A stretch of 63,977 nucleotides of DNA, counting the filler, from Hyphochytrium catenoides (taxonomy: Eukaryota > Protista > Hyphochytriomycota): the NCBI GenBank assembly GCA_900088475.1. It is 5 parts of 5 records of this genome, joined end to end, with 100 filler letters (N's around TTAATTAATTAA, not from the genome) between each part and the next. Parts side by side here need not be neighbours in the genome. Positions count along the whole stretch, not along the records: positions 9,872 to 30,702 come from FLMG01002334.1; 4 more parts are not named here. One strand, given 5' to 3'. This document shows positions 11,984-26,300 of the stretch, in pieces. The number at the start of each line of letters is the position of its first letter. Positions within the stretch are counted from its first letter, which is position 1. Under the pieces are notes generated by a model. It saw nothing but the letters and a program-made list of their open reading frames with translations. It was not told the DNA's origin and made no database searches. A program made the position numbers and the translations under genes.

Positions 11984-12578
11984 TTCCTCCCTCTCTCTCT
12001 TTCTCTCCTTTCTTAGCCCAGTATCTCTCTCCTCTTACCACGCTATCGTTTTTCTCTCACTGCTCCCTTTCCCATCCTCTGTCAACTCTCTCTTGTCCCT
12101 GACACTGTCTCCTTCCTGGCCGCTGTTTTCTCCCTCTCTCTCCGCGTCTTTCTCCCGCTCTGACCGGCGTGGAATCTTCGGACCCAGCTGCCTATCATCT
12201 TTCTAATTCTCTGACAGGAATTCTGGACCTGCGGCGCGGAAGCCAGACCAGGTCCATGGCTCGGCGTGCCTCCCAATGAGGAAAAAGGTTCAACGGAGGA
12301 GAGAGATGGAGACAGATAGAGAGAAAGCAGAGATGCCCGGATGAGGAGAAGAGGCATGACCAAGAGGTAGAGCGGAGAGAGAAGGCATGAAGCTTTCATC
12401 CAGGAAGCACTTGTCAGATCCTCCAGGAGGAGAGACGCATCACGCCCAAAGGCCTGGTAGCGCAGGAGGCGGAGGATGGGAAGAGAGAGAAAGAGGGTCT
12501 CTCTCTTCTGCTTCCACTTCCAATCTTCTCTATTATGCGTCTGCGGGGAGAGAGAGAGCCTTGCGTCCGAGCAGTGCA

Positions 12579-13364
12579 ATGGATTTGAAGCAATTCTCTC
12601 GGCTGGTGGAGCAGCTGCACCGCGACGCACACTTGCGGCTGAGCGAGCGACTGGAAGACACGGAGATTCTCATCGATTTGCTGCAGAGATTCGTCCTCCC
12701 CAGATCATTGCTCATGGCGGTAGGGTGACTTTCTTCCTTGTCTGCCCGTCTCTGCTTCATCATCTCTTTGTGCTCCTNNNNNNNNNNNNNNNNNNNNNNN
12801 NNNNNNNNNNNNNNNNNNNNNNNNNNNNNNNNNNNNNNNNNNNNNNNNNNGATAGTTCGTGTCTGCCGCCATTTTGCATTCCCTTCCGCCCCCGCCGCCT
12901 TCTCTGGCTGGCCCTCCGCCTTCTTTGGCTTCTCCGACTCTCAATCATTTGCTCTCTCTCTCTGTCTGTCTCTCTGTCTCTCTCCTGGACTGTCTCTCTC
13001 TCCTGGACTACCTGTATTGATCTCTCTTGCTCAGCGCTAACCTTTTCTTTGTGTCGGGTATATCCCTTCCCTCTAAAGTCCTTTTCTTGGCTCTCGCACT
13101 TCTGCTTCTTCCTCCTCCTTATCTCTCATTCAGGCCGAGAGTTATCGCTCTCTCTTCTAGAAACTCGTCTGACCTAATGGGCTATTTCCCTTAAGGCATT
13201 AGCCGTCTCTCTCTTCTCTCTCTGTCTCTGTGTCTCTCTCTCTGTGTCTCTCTCTCTGTGTCTCTCTCTCTGCTGCCACGTCAGCTTTCCTGACCTTTCT
13301 TTCACTTCAGACACACAGAGTTGTTCCTACCAAAACAACCGAAGTCACCTTCTCACTGTTCTGA

Positions 13365-13409
<45 letters not shown>

Positions 13410-16400
13410 CTCTCTCTCTCTGTGTGTCTCTCTCTCTCTGTCTCTCGCCCCTCCTATTCCCTTCTCTCCTGTTGGCAGGCATGGGAATCCGTGGCAGACT
13501 TCTTAGGGGAACGTAACCCTGAAGTCCGACGGTCAGCCTTCCGCGTGATGCTGACGATCATTGAGTTTCAGTTCGAGCAGATGTCGCTCCTCCGTCCCGT
13601 CTTCTTCTCTGTCGTTCGCTCCCACGCCTCAGACTTCTCCTGGAGGCTCAGAGTTCTCTCAGCTCTTACGGCCAACGGGAGGAAGATCGAGCCGTTCACA
13701 GAGGAGCTAGGAGGGATGCTGTTGGCTTGGAGCGAAGAAGAGCACGAAGATCAAGAACAAGAGTTTATCGAGTTTCTGACGCAGGTACTTCGCAGAGGCT
13801 TCTACTGCTTTGAAGAAAGGATCTGCGCAGGGCTTGTCAGTGCCATCTGCCGCAAGTGCAATGCTGCTTTAGAGAAGAGCAGGCTCAAAGTGGCTGTGCA
13901 AGCTCTGTCGTTCTTTGACGTGGTCATCCGATATGGTTCTCTTTCCCAAGAGAATGTCTCGGAGCTGCTTCGCACCCTCTGTGCCCTCGTGAACTGGGAC
14001 TCGACCTGTTGGGTCGTCATGAAGTGTCTCCTCACGTCTGAGAGCGGGATCCAAGGCTTTTGGGGCCTCCTGCAAATCCTGGAGAACCCTGAGGAGAGTT
14101 CCTCCCTAGTTTGCAGAGGTGCCGTCTTCTTCGTTGGCATGTCAAGCTGGGGCTCCCAACGCATCGCTTCTCTTCCATACAAGTGGCAGACGATCTTGAC
14201 GTTCCTCCTCCATGTGCTGAGATGCAAGCAGGGGCTGGTGGTCTACGAGGTGTTACTGGCCGTGCACCGGCTGATCAAGAAGTATGGGGAGAGGCTGCGC
14301 TCGGAGTGGGACCTGATCCTTGAGATCATCGCACAGCTTCGGCCATGGCTCTCTCTCAATCAGCAGCAGCACGAAGGAAGAGTAAATTCTCCTTCTCAGC
14401 CCACCTCTGCTCCCTCATCTGCCTCTTCTTCCTCTTCTGCTGCTGGTACTCAACGTCTCAATGCCGCTGGCGCCGCTGGCACGGGAGAGGATGTAGCCCG
14501 CCGGTCTTCCTCTTCGTCCTCTTTGTCCGCCCTCCCTCACCCGTCCTCCTCCGAGGATCTCAGCGCTCTTGGCAGGCTCGAAATGGAGGCGCTGACGATC
14601 CATGACACCCGGATACCGAACGAAATATTAGAGGTCATCGCCCTTATTGAGGAGCTTCATAGGAGAAATGTATTCTATGGCCAAAGCGAACAGTTCTTCA
14701 CGGTTCTCGACCTATATCTTCCCTATCTCTCAGAGGAAACCCTGCTGGTGATCCTCAGGTACAAGGCCAGAGATGCGCATCCCGCGCGGCAGACCCATTG
14801 GCTTCGGAGTGTGCAATTCTTGACAGAAAACTTTTTCCTGCAGGACGCTCTGCCGCGCACAGTCCGTCTGGAGGCTCTTTCTGTCCTTGCAGAGACTTTT
14901 GAAGCCTGTCGCTTTGTCTGTGAATCCGGGATGATCGATCAAGTCCTGGTGCCCTGTCTGTTTGAGATCTACAGCGATTCTGACGCCACTGTTCGCGCTG
15001 AAGCGCTAAAGTTCTTAGTGCAAATTGCAGAAAGGGAGTCCGCTGGAAAGTTTGATGTGTTAGTGGACATTCTAGTCGCTGCCGTGTATCACTCCAGTCA
15101 GGAAGACACACAGCTGTTGGCCATACGAGGTCTGGTGTCTCTCTTCTATCATCACTTCGACTCCCTCCCGGTCAGCCACGCTCTCCGCCTGTACGAACTC
15201 CTCACAAAGTTCTTGTACGACCATGACAGCGTAACAGTGAGAAAGGAGGCGTTGCGGTGCCTATGCACGATAAGCTCGTGCAGTAAGGACTATCAGGTCC
15301 AAAGGAGAGGAACGGAGGAGAAGGGAACAGATGAGGAAGCAAAGCGGAGAAGCGGGAAGCTGATCACGTCGCGATTTCTATACTCCGCAGACTGCCAGGG
15401 TCTGAGATATCACCGCGGAGGTTAGGCAAACCTATTCGCCGGGGAGCTAGTCATAGCTCTTCTCTGTAGCTTGCTCCTTCTTATTTTGCTGAATCTGCCA
15501 TTCACCTGGTTTTTGCCTTCCAAGCGACCTGCATGATCTCATTTTCTCTGTTATAACACTAACGCTCCTGCTTCTTGCGGGACTATCTGTTGGTCCTTTG
15601 CTGCAGGCCTCGTGCCCGTTTTCCGTTATGTGAATGCCCTGATATACCGTCTGGAACACGAGATGGACAGTTCTCTCTTTATCCTGCTGATCCAATCCTT
15701 ACGAGATCTGCTTGTGGATCGTCGGATCCTGGCAGATGTCTCTCTTGATGTGCTGTGCGAGTATCTGCTGCCCTTGCTGAAGGAAGGGAAGCTTGGGAAA
15801 GGTTAGCATAAACGCATCGCGTAACCTGAGCCTCTCCGAACCGTCAGATAATGTGACGCTTCTGTATCTTCGCCTTCCTTTCCTTTCTCCAGGTGCAGCG
15901 TCTGCTGAAGTTGAAGCGTTGCGGCGCTCGGTGGGCAGCGGCGACCTCAGCGGGGGTTTCCAGGGTGAAGGCAAAGCCTCAACGAACACGTTCATGCTAT
16001 CAGATATGCCTATAGGCGGAGGTAACTCCTCAGCTCTCGGTTTACTGTTCCGCAAGAAGCTGACTAGCTTCTAGGATGTCTTCTTCCGCGTTATCGCACC
16101 CTGTGCGTTTCCTTTCTGTTTCCATAATGTTCTCTTACAAGCTAATCAGCTACTCTGTTCCATTCCGACTCTTCTCTTACACGATGTCCTCATGGAGGTA
16201 GGTGCCCTAGCACCGGGCTTGATTGGGCTTGCCAGCATAAAATCTCACACCAACGCCACCAAGAGGGCCAACGACTTAGCCGGTGTAGAGAGCGGGAAGA
16301 GCAGGATTGCGGGCTTTGTCTTAGGTGGGGCTAGCAAGAGCGGATCAGGCCGAGGGTTAAGCCATGCAGACCACTTGGAGCTAAAGACTAACCTCAGGCA

Positions 16401-19400
16401 GCTTGAGGCCAAGATTCACCGCAAGTAAGTGGCGCTGCAACTTGTAGGCACTTCTACTTGTTCACCGCTTATGAGTAGAGTCTCTTTGGTGTCCCAGCCT
16501 TGTCCCAACCTTGACGTTTCTGTTTTCAGGTACCTTTGCATGGGCTATGAGGTGCTTCTGTTGCTGGCTGGTTACGCCCACGAGCTCGCCGCTGTCACCC
16601 AGGAAAATATAATAAAGTGCTTCCTGACCGGACTAAGCCGTCGACGGCTGGAGGTCGGAAGAGGAATGGATAGAACGGTGACCCTAAAAGGAGAAAAGGA
16701 GAAGCGACCAACGAGCGGAGGGAAAAGAGATTGTCAAACGCCCTTCAAACCTTCAGGAGGGAAGACCGTAGCAGAGGAGAGTATGGAGAGCGACATAGCA
16801 TCCAAGGCGAGAGATGATGGCCATCGATCTCGCACTCCATCTGCATCTCTCGCAGGTATCAAACCTTCCGATGTTCCTCCTTCGGGCGTTGACTCTTCTG
16901 GCTCTTTCTTCCCGCAAGAGTCCTCTTCCCTCAAGCCCAGTCCCTCAGGCTCTCCTAAGTCCACGGAATTCAGTGAAGAGGTAAGGTCGCCGTTCCCTGC
17001 CTTCTACTTGGCTATCCCCATTTCTCCCACCACACGTCTCACTCTTGTCACGCTAAAAGAATCTGCCGTGGTGCTTCCTGTTAGAACCGCCTTATGATGT
17101 TTTTATCCCCCGGAGTTTTACCTATTTGCTTGTTACCGCCTCATCCCTTCTATCGTCCACGCGACTAGCTTTCCTGTCTAAACTGGGAATGATGCCACCT
17201 TCATAGGCAGTAGCACAGCCTAAAACTGTGGCGGGGATGCAACTCTCACCCAAAGCTCGGCAGGGTGGAGAGCCCCGCCCTCCACTGTTCCGACCTTTGA
17301 GCGCACCTGCTGCTTCAGAACGATCAGGAAGCCCCTCTGTCTCCATCCCACCACCCAGAGAAGGGCTAGAGATTTCGGAGGAGGATAGTCAGTTGCTCTC
17401 TTGCATTCTCAGGGGACTTAGGTATGCAGTTCCTCTCTTCTCTATTTTGCGGTCCCCTCTATGCATTCTTCAGTCCGTGGCTCCGCTAATGTCTAAGGTG
17501 TTTTAGCGCTATGGGATCATGAAGGCTACGTTTCTGCTTCCCTACATAGTCGGGCTACTGATAGTTGTACGCTTTTGGTCATTAACTTATCTCACTCCCT
17601 CAAAAGCACCGCGACTTTTATGTGACGCGCTCGTTGCTTTCCCTTCTAGCCTTTGTGCCCAAGCTATCCCTTCAGCTGTACTGAAGCAGTTTCGAGAGCT
17701 GGTCGAGCTTATAGAGGCTATATCCAACTCTATCCGTCGTTCCCCAATGGGACGAGGAAAGGACAAAGACGTTGTTTCTCCGCAGTCCATCACCCTCTCG
17801 AGAGGGGTTATAGAGTTACTGCAGTGCGTTATGCTGTCGCCTCGCATTGACCTCACGCTTAATGATTTTCTCAAACTGGCGGTAAGCAATCAGTGAGAGC
17901 TATGATGGCCAAGCGAATATTGTCATACATCTTTTAGACCTTTCTCTTAAGTGCTACCTATTCCTTGTGACGGTTGTCTCACACCCTCGTCCGGTGTGAG
18001 CAGGGCACTGACAGCTGTGCCTTGTTGCGTCCGTGTAGGCGATCATTATCCCGTTCTTGGATCTCCGCGGACCAGAGCTTGCTGTGGTTCTGTCATATAA
18101 GTGTCTCCTAACAGCGTTCTCACGCTGCCCCGCGCCGGACCGCCCCCATCTGGCGGTGTTCGTATACCCTCATATCTGCAGGCAAGCGAGACTGCATGGA
18201 CCGGATGACTCTCAAGCGCAGGTAGCAACAGGGCTTATTTTTGCTTCATAGCCAACTCTGTCCTAAGTATTCCTTACTAGATTATTTGGTGCCGGTTCTA
18301 CCTGTTCGAAGTTGGCTCCATTTTTAAGCTTCTCACTTGCCAACCGTGTCTCTGCTTGCAGGCGGCACTAGACCTGATTGTGCGTCTCTCGTATGCTGCG
18401 AGCGATGTAAACCCCATCAACCCACAGGGTAATTCGCCCTATGATTTCCTCTTTCCTTCTTCTCAGCGTAGCAAGACTTGGGCACAGAGGGGCAGTCTCG
18501 TCACGATTCGCACAGGCAGGAATGGGTAGGTAGACGGACAAGTTATATTCTCTGCTATCCCCTGTTCAGCGCTCAGCATGACGACCAGACATGCCAGCTA
18601 CTTCTTTCTAGGTGAAGAGTCCCTTACAGAGCTCACCTCCTCGTCATATCCAGGTATGCGGAGGTCACAGTACGTCGGATCACAGGAACCTCCCGATGGC
18701 TTCTGAGCCTCGAGAACCATGTGAGAGATCCACTCCCCTGCAGATGCTAGGCTCTTCTCCGATGTTGGTCCTCTTTTTGGCGCTCTGGCCTGTCGCTTTA
18801 CCGTTTGTACATGCTAGCCCAACCTCCGCACCGTATAATACTGCGCAATGGGGAGCGCTGGTAACCAACTGATGACTCAATGACTCTTTATTCAGGTCTG
18901 GACGCCTCTCCATCATCCTCTCCTAAGGATTCGACCATTAGTGGGATCTAGCCGTAAAGGTAAGAAGGAGAATGTTGGGAAGCAATGGACGATTTGAGTG
19001 TTAAGTAGTTGACGAGAGATTAAGTAGTTGGTGGGAGACGAGTCTAAGGAAAGAGAAGAGGATGTTATTGGCGATTTGGAGGGGATCTCATGCTCCTGGA
19101 GCTAATGCGCTTGGCATATACCCTTACTCCATGCCTCTATGTGCAGGACCTCACCACGTTCCCGCGCGGGAGGAGCGCGCAAAGGAGCTCGAGGGGACGA
19201 GACACACAAGAGCAGAGCCTCCGCATGCGATCTCCCCTCTGACCCTGCTAGAGGAAGCAAATGATGACGAAGCAGAGCGCGAAAAACCACAAGAGCAGCA
19301 GAGGGGAAGTCCTCCGATCTCTTTGGCATCTCATGCTTTGACTCCTCAGGAGAAAGAGAGACCATCATCGGTTAGCGTTCCTGTCTTTTCAGGTCATCCT

Positions 19401-22400
19401 CCCTGCAGTGTGGGCGCCCTGCAAGGAGATGACAAGCCGGAGGACCAGGAAGGCCGGCAGACGATTTCTTCTGAGACGATCCTGTCTGGAGATACCCCTT
19501 CAGGTAGCTACTTAAAGGCTCTTCTTTGTCATTCACCTTCTCCTTTACCTCTCTCCTTGTGTCTTCTCTCCGCTTCCCTGATCATCCACCATCTAATGCA
19601 CTTTAGGCGAGGCATCTCGAAGTCAAAATCAAGGGCCACGGTCTGGAGCGGAAGAGCGAGTAGAGGGCTCTCCTATCAGCGGGAGCAAGCTTAAAGGGCG
19701 GACAGAAGAGGCCCTCCCCAAAGATGTGAAGGACCTTGGTTCGTGGCTATTGCATTTTGGCTGTTGAAGCTTTAGTACTGATCGTGCCTGAATCGCTCTT
19801 CCTTGCAGAGCTAACTCTTACAGAGCTCAACCTTGTCGATCCGTCGCCCCAGTTTGGTCCTTCACTCTCAATTAAACCCTTGCCATCGTATGACGGAGCC
19901 GGGGGATCTCCGTCGTTTCTCCTGATGGACGCCAAAGGTATGCGGGTGTGCTATCTGTCCTTCATGACTGCTTAAATTGTGTGCCCACACTGCCACCGAT
20001 CCTGTCTCCTCGGATTGCGTGCCGCCCCAACTCTCTTCCAGACTGTTTTTATCTTGACTCCCATGTCCCTCTCCTTCCACCTGAAGGTCGTAAGGCACGA
20101 ACTTTGCCGGACTCCTTCGCTCGCTATCGAAAGGACTCGGGCTCCGTTCTAGAGGAAAGAGCGAGAAGGAAAGCAAGCATGTCTCTGACGCCAGAGGTAA
20201 GATTCTAGGCTATATAGTGCCGAGCAACCGCTGCTGCGCCGTTGCGAGCTTATCTTTCAATTCTACGAGCAACGACTTTCCTAGAACAGATAGTACTTTT
20301 CCTATCGCCTCGATTGTTTCTTGAACCTTACGCCTAAGTGCCTTGGTCTTCCCGGTCTTCCTTTTTGGACTCTGTTTCTAGATGAAGCCCCAAGCAAGCC
20401 CTCAAACGACGGGGGAAGGAAGCGGTCTCTACCGTCGCTCACCGCTCCTCTCCGCCCAATCAGAACCTACAGTTTCCGCCCTCCTTTGCCTTGACACCCT
20501 CTCCGCGATGGAGCCAGAAGGATCAACGACAAAAGTGCTTGGTGACGAAGTTGTCAGGTTAGATGATGGTTGCTGGTTCGGTCTCCCTCATATACTTCTC
20601 ACTTCACTCTTTTGAGGAATCTATCTCTTTGCACCCAGTAGCTTGTGCCTCATCTTTGATTTCGCCCTGTCTTTCCAATCTTCTTCCCCCACAGCTCGTC
20701 ACTAGATCAGCAGAAGATGCCTCATCCTCGCGCTGGTGACTATATTCCTTCCAGCGGTGCACTAGCAGAAAAATATCGCCGTCTTGCAGAGGCAGAGCCA
20801 GACGTTATAGACCCCGGCTTTGTCTATCTCCAGGTACTATGCCTTGCGGGCGATTATACGGTCCGACTCTCTCATAATAAGGGGCTTTCTTTTCCTCCTG
20901 TTGTTGTCCTCCTGTCCACTAATTTCTGCAGCAATTCCCCCTAGCGCCTTCTGCTCGTCTGACCGCTCTCTCAAAGTCCCATTTCCTCACGTTTGCTTCG
21001 TCTGTCTCACCATCACACATGGTGCGTCCCTTTCCTCGTAGTTGCAAGGTACTTCACCATGTCTGGAGCCTCCGCTCCTTGTGCAGAATGGCGAGCCCTT
21101 GCAACGAGCTCTGGCAGTGCTGGACCGGACACCCGGCGTAGAAACTCATAAAGTTGGGGTCATTTATGTCGGAGAGAATCAAAGGACAGAACAGGAGATC
21201 CTCAGTAACTCATACGGTACGAATGGGGCCACGTTGGTTCCTTTTCCCTACTACTACTCTTCTACGCTCTTCCTCAACTCAGCATTTAGGTGCTGAAGCA
21301 TCACTTCTAAGGACAAGAACCCTTTCTCCCATCGCTTCCCATGTCACCTCTTACACCTCTATCTCCTGGATCTGGAAACAACTGCTGGCTTGTCTAACAG
21401 CTCTGGCTTGTGATATACTGATGTCAAACGGTCTAGGGTGACCACTGCTAGTCGCCTGTGAGGTTTGCACTTCTCTAACGCCTTGTCTACTCGTTCTATC
21501 TATACACCAGGATCGGCACGTTACACTCAGTTCCTTCTCTCTTTGGGCGAGCTAGTCCTTCTTCGAGGTCTAGAGAACTATTCCGGTGGTCTTGATGTCT
21601 CCTCAGGGAGTGATGGTGAATATGCACTAGTTTGGAAGGACGATTGCACTCAAGCAGTGTTCCACGTGGCCACTTTGATGGAGCCAGCGAGCGGAGGGCG
21701 AGATGGCGATGGGGACAGCGCAGAGAAAAGAGAACCTGTCAGCCAACAGAGCAAGACGAATCATAAGAAGCGGCACATTGGAAACGACTTTGTTCATATT
21801 GTCTTTCTCGAGAGCTCTGAAGAGTACGACCCAAACACGATACCTGGGCAGTTTAACGACGTTCACATTGTGGTCCGACCTGTTGATGAGTTGGCAGCAA
21901 GGGTGCAGATTCTCTGCAAGCCAGGATTGCAGGAGTTTGGACCGCTGGCTGGTAAGTAACTCCAGATTCTCTGTAAAGCAGTCTCTTCTCGTCTCTCTCG
22001 GATCACGTTTCCATAGTATCGGTCCTTTCCTTCCTTTCATATCGTCTGCCTCGCTCTGTACCTAACACTCCTTAACTGAGATATCTCTTAAGTGCCTTTA
22101 TTGGGCACTTGAAGCACCTGCTGGATGGTGCCCTGAGTGCCCTGCTTCAGCTTGCCAAAAAGCTCTCTTTGCCTTGACCTCAGTCCTTTGTTCCGCACCG
22201 TGACTCCCCATCTCCAGGTACCCAGGTTGTCCCCACTTCAGCATTGGCGGCGCTGGTGCGGCAGACAGCTTTTAACGCTAACGTCGCGTGCAGAATCTTC
22301 CATGAAGGTAGGTCGAGCCCACAGAGTGTGAGAGAGATATCTTTGGAGCGCTGTTTGCCCTTCCAAATAGCTCGTTCTTGGCTCTTAGCCGTAGACTATT

Positions 22401-22700
22401 TCCCCACTCCGTAAACCTCTGGGTTTAGAACATCCGTCGGTCCAGCTCAGCTCACCGTTCTTCTATCACCTCCTGCGCTGCATTCTCTCCTGGGCAGCTG
22501 GGATATTGTCTAATTTTGCCCTGTCACATCCTTTCATCTCCTCAGGCACCGTGGAGTACATTTCCAACGCTGCGGAGCGCCTTTTACAGATCGAGCGAGT
22601 TCGCCAGCGGTTGACGCGGCACAGCTCGCACCTCCTCTCTGATATGAGAGCGGACCTGGTGGAAGTGATCTACACGGGCCAGCCTGACGGTTTTTCTTAG
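12579..22700 (+). CDS. TSC2: Tuberin (TSC2)-like Rheb GAP, multi-exon
   Basis: N-terminal HEAT-like tuberin region (AWESVADFL..EVRRSAF, RGAVFFVGMSSWG, VVYEVLL). C-terminal Rap/Ran-GAP domain: ALAVLDRTPGVETHKVGVIYV, GSARYTQFLLSLG, GGLD, VFHVATLM, KKRHIGNDFVHIVF (catalytic Asn). Start codon tentative; one N gap lies inside. Confidence 0.9.
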
Positions 22701-23202
22701 CAACAGAAGGATCATCGTCTCTTCCTTTCAGAACCTTGTATGTCTTGCATCCTGCCACACCGACTAGCCAATGGGCGGGGGGCAGTGGCAAAGTGGGAAG
22801 GTCATCTGATCCTTCATTTCTATGTGTGCCTAGATTGCCCAAGCTCACTTATCTCCTCCTGTTTCGTTGTATCTTCTCTTCTGCCCGCTCTGCCTGCTGC
22901 TGCTGCCAAGCGGGTTCTCTGCCCCAACGGCGTGAGCAGGAGGTGTGGCTCTGGCTGTGGCTGCTCCAGCTGCTTCTCTTTCTGCGAACACTCTCGGCCT
23001 GCCTCACGCCCTTTGCGAATCGCTTCTCTCCCTGCTGCTGATGACAGCAGAAGAGTGCGCTCTGCCTGTTGGCTCGGCGGATAGAGAATCCATTAGATAA
23101 CTGTCTGTTCATATTCCGTGTCCTTCTATTTATTGTCAGATAAAGCCCAGTTATAATTCGAACATATTCCGCACTGTCAGGATTCTGATGCAATCGCTTC
23201 GT

Positions 23203-23277
<75 letters not shown>

Positions 23278-23389
23278 CTAGCTTCTCCCTCTGTTTCCTC
23301 CCTCACTCTTTTTTCTCTCTCTCTCCTCACTTCCCTCATCACGTTTATAGGAAACGTCAACCAGAGATTAGCTTGAGATCATCGCCTAG

Positions 23390-26300
23390 GAAAGGGAGCT
23401 TGCAGAGAAGGCGGGCGAGGCGACGGAAGCCCATCGTATCTCGTGCGATGGGGAAGTAAGAGGGAGACATGAGTCATGAGACCGTCTGCCCTGCCTCTCT
23501 GTCCACTTAAGGAGAGTGGGCTGAGGCAAGAAGAAGACTGGGCAATGGAAGCTCATGTTCCCGGTGATAATGAAGTGAAGAAGAAACCTGAACCATAAGA
23601 CAATCTGTCCGTCCTCTGTGTCCGCTTAGGGAGGATGGGCGAAGGCAAGGCCCAGCAGTGCAACCCGAGAGAGAAAAACGGCAGTCAAGAGAGAGGGAAG
23701 AGAACGTTGCGTGTGTAGAGAGAATGGCTCTTAGGCTTCACTTGGAGTTGGACGCGCTGCAGGATCAGGGGATAGTTCTTGCCAAGATCGAGCGCTCAGT
23801 CTCTCGGCCCATTGTGCTGGAAGAGCTAGGACATGGAGAAGAAGAGAGCAAGAAGGTGCTTGAAGATCTACTCTCCTCGTCTGCGCCGCCTCGAGGAGTG
23901 CTGACAGATGCTGACCTCGATGAAGTGACGGCCGCTCTATTGAGGCTTCTGCCTTTCCCAGAAGCTTGTCAGAGAAGAGAAGGAGACGAAGCCAGGCCAG
24001 AAAGGGAAGACCAATGGCAGGGGGACTGTAAAAGGGCTGAGGGTAGGCAGACAGAGAACACACATGCTGCTGACAAGGTGCGAAGACACAGCGCCAGCAT
24101 TGCAGAAGAGACAGAAGAGGAAAGCAAGAGGATAGAGCAGGATGGAAAATCCCTTGCCATCCCATGGACTTGCCCTCTGCTGCGCGAGATTCTCGTTGAT
24201 CTAAACATATCCGGAACATTCCCTTTTCTCCTCACACGCATCACTGCCCAATCGTTCTCTTCTCTGCTGTATGCCGTTCAGGTCTTGCAATCAGCAGCCG
24301 CAGAGCTCTACGGTGTGAGCATCAGGCTGCGGCGAATAAGCATGAGTGGCCAAGAACATGGAGAGGCTCTCTCCGCCGTCCTCACATCTTTCTTGCGTCG
24401 GGAGCCTTTGACAGCTCCATCATTCCCTGCTCTTCCTGCTTGCCACTCTCTCCCACTCTCCTTCTCCTGCCCTTCAAACCATGTACCTCGAAAACCATTG
24501 GAACTCTTAGATCTTCGGTTCTCCACAATCTCTACCCACGGGTTCGTAGCGATCTTATCAGCTCTCCATCAGCAGTGGAGGGAATACCGGGACGACAACG
24601 AGAGGCGTCTGAGCGGTGAGGAGACTGAAGAGTTTGAAGAACCAAGAGCTTTGCAAGGAATGCGGAAGGGTCCAACTCTTTGCTGGGTGGAGGCAGCGAT
24701 GAACTTTCTGCACGTCCAAGAAGTTCTGGAGTTCTGCTCTCGCACTGGGCTCTCTTACTGCCTGGGAGGAAATGGATCAGATGATCAACAGCAGGNNNNN
24801 NNNNNNNNNNNNNNNNNNNNNNNNNNNNNNNNNTTCTCAGCAGGAGAGAGAACAGAAGAGGAACAGCTCCGAGGAGGGAAGATAGGCATGAAAGACTACT
24901 TGTTCACCTCCCGCAACTAGGAGACCAGCTCTCAACAAAGGAGACAGCAGCCACAAACACGACCCCTATCTCCCCTCCTCCGTCGGAGGCAGACAGAGGG
25001 GAGAAAGATGTAGTCTCTGCGTCAGCATGCGTCCTGTCATCTATAAAGCAAGTCAAAGGAGAGCTTGTTGACTTCCTGGCTCTGTCAGAAGAGGAGATAC
25101 TCCTCTTCGTCCTCCCATTCGTCATCGTCACCAAGACCGAGAGGGGAAGGCAGGAAAGTAGAGAAGCTAAGGAGGAAGCAGAAGTACCGGAGGAGCGGCA
25201 AGTCCTCTGCGTAACAGTAGGAGGCAAAGAGAAAGGGAGAACAACGCTAGAGATTTATCGCCTGGTCAACTATCTTCGCCGAATAAAGAAACAAGAGGAT
25301 GGCATGAAAAGACGGGTTGAGCTTTACGCTGAAGGCGAGTTGGCTCGCCTGAGCTCGGGAAGCCTGGATCTTCGCCATGGAGGTAAGGTACCTTATGTCT
25401 CATTATAATTTGGGGATATCCCCACCAGATTCTATGGGTGAGCCACTCATTCCGCCTTCGCTGCAATAGCGTCAGGGTTTTGGCTCCAAAGGATCCTGGT
25501 CCAGCGCGAAGCCGAGGGGCCGTCTCCCTTTCTCCACTTGTTGTCACACTCGCTCACTCTCAGAGGCCCGATAAACAAGGATTATCTCTTCCTTCCTCCG
25601 TTATTTGGTGATCCCGCCCATTTCCGCCTCCTTTACCAGCCCGCCGATTACTACGATGGGCTTCGACCTGCACAGGACCTAGTGAGAGGTAACATTAGCA
25701 CCGCGTTGTGTTCCTGCTCTATCCATTCTCTCTTCTTGTCCTATTCTGTACGGATCTCTTTTGATCTGCCGGTAACATTCCAACATCCTGCTGGGATGAC
25801 GGTGGTCACTGTCCACAGTTACGAAGGAGTCGAGGAAAGGTATTTTAACGCATCGGCAACGGGCGCTGGTCTTTGGACAATTTCTGGTCCGGGCATTTAA
25901 TCTTACGAGCAAGGGTCAAAATGAAGGAAGAGCGATGAACTGTCTGCTCGATGTGGCTGGAGGCTCAGGTTGACTTCTTCACCCCCTCTCTGTTCTCTCT
26001 TTCCTGCCCTCTTCTCTACCTCTTTTTATATAACTCTGTCTTTGTCCTTCTCGTCTTCTTCCTCTTCGTACTTGAATCAAGAGCATCAGGTCCCTGTGGG
26101 TTCAACGAAGCTCCTCTTTTGAGTGTATTTATAATAGCAGATCGTGACTTTTTGCTTATCGACCAGCATGAGCTTCGTCTAAAAGACCTACATTCTTCAT
26201 CTAGCGTTCTCTACGCAGCCAACAACCTGCTTAGCTAGGGTCGTCTTAGCGGTTAATGAATGCTAATGCTGTCTTCCCTCATATGCTTCTTCCAGGTGAT

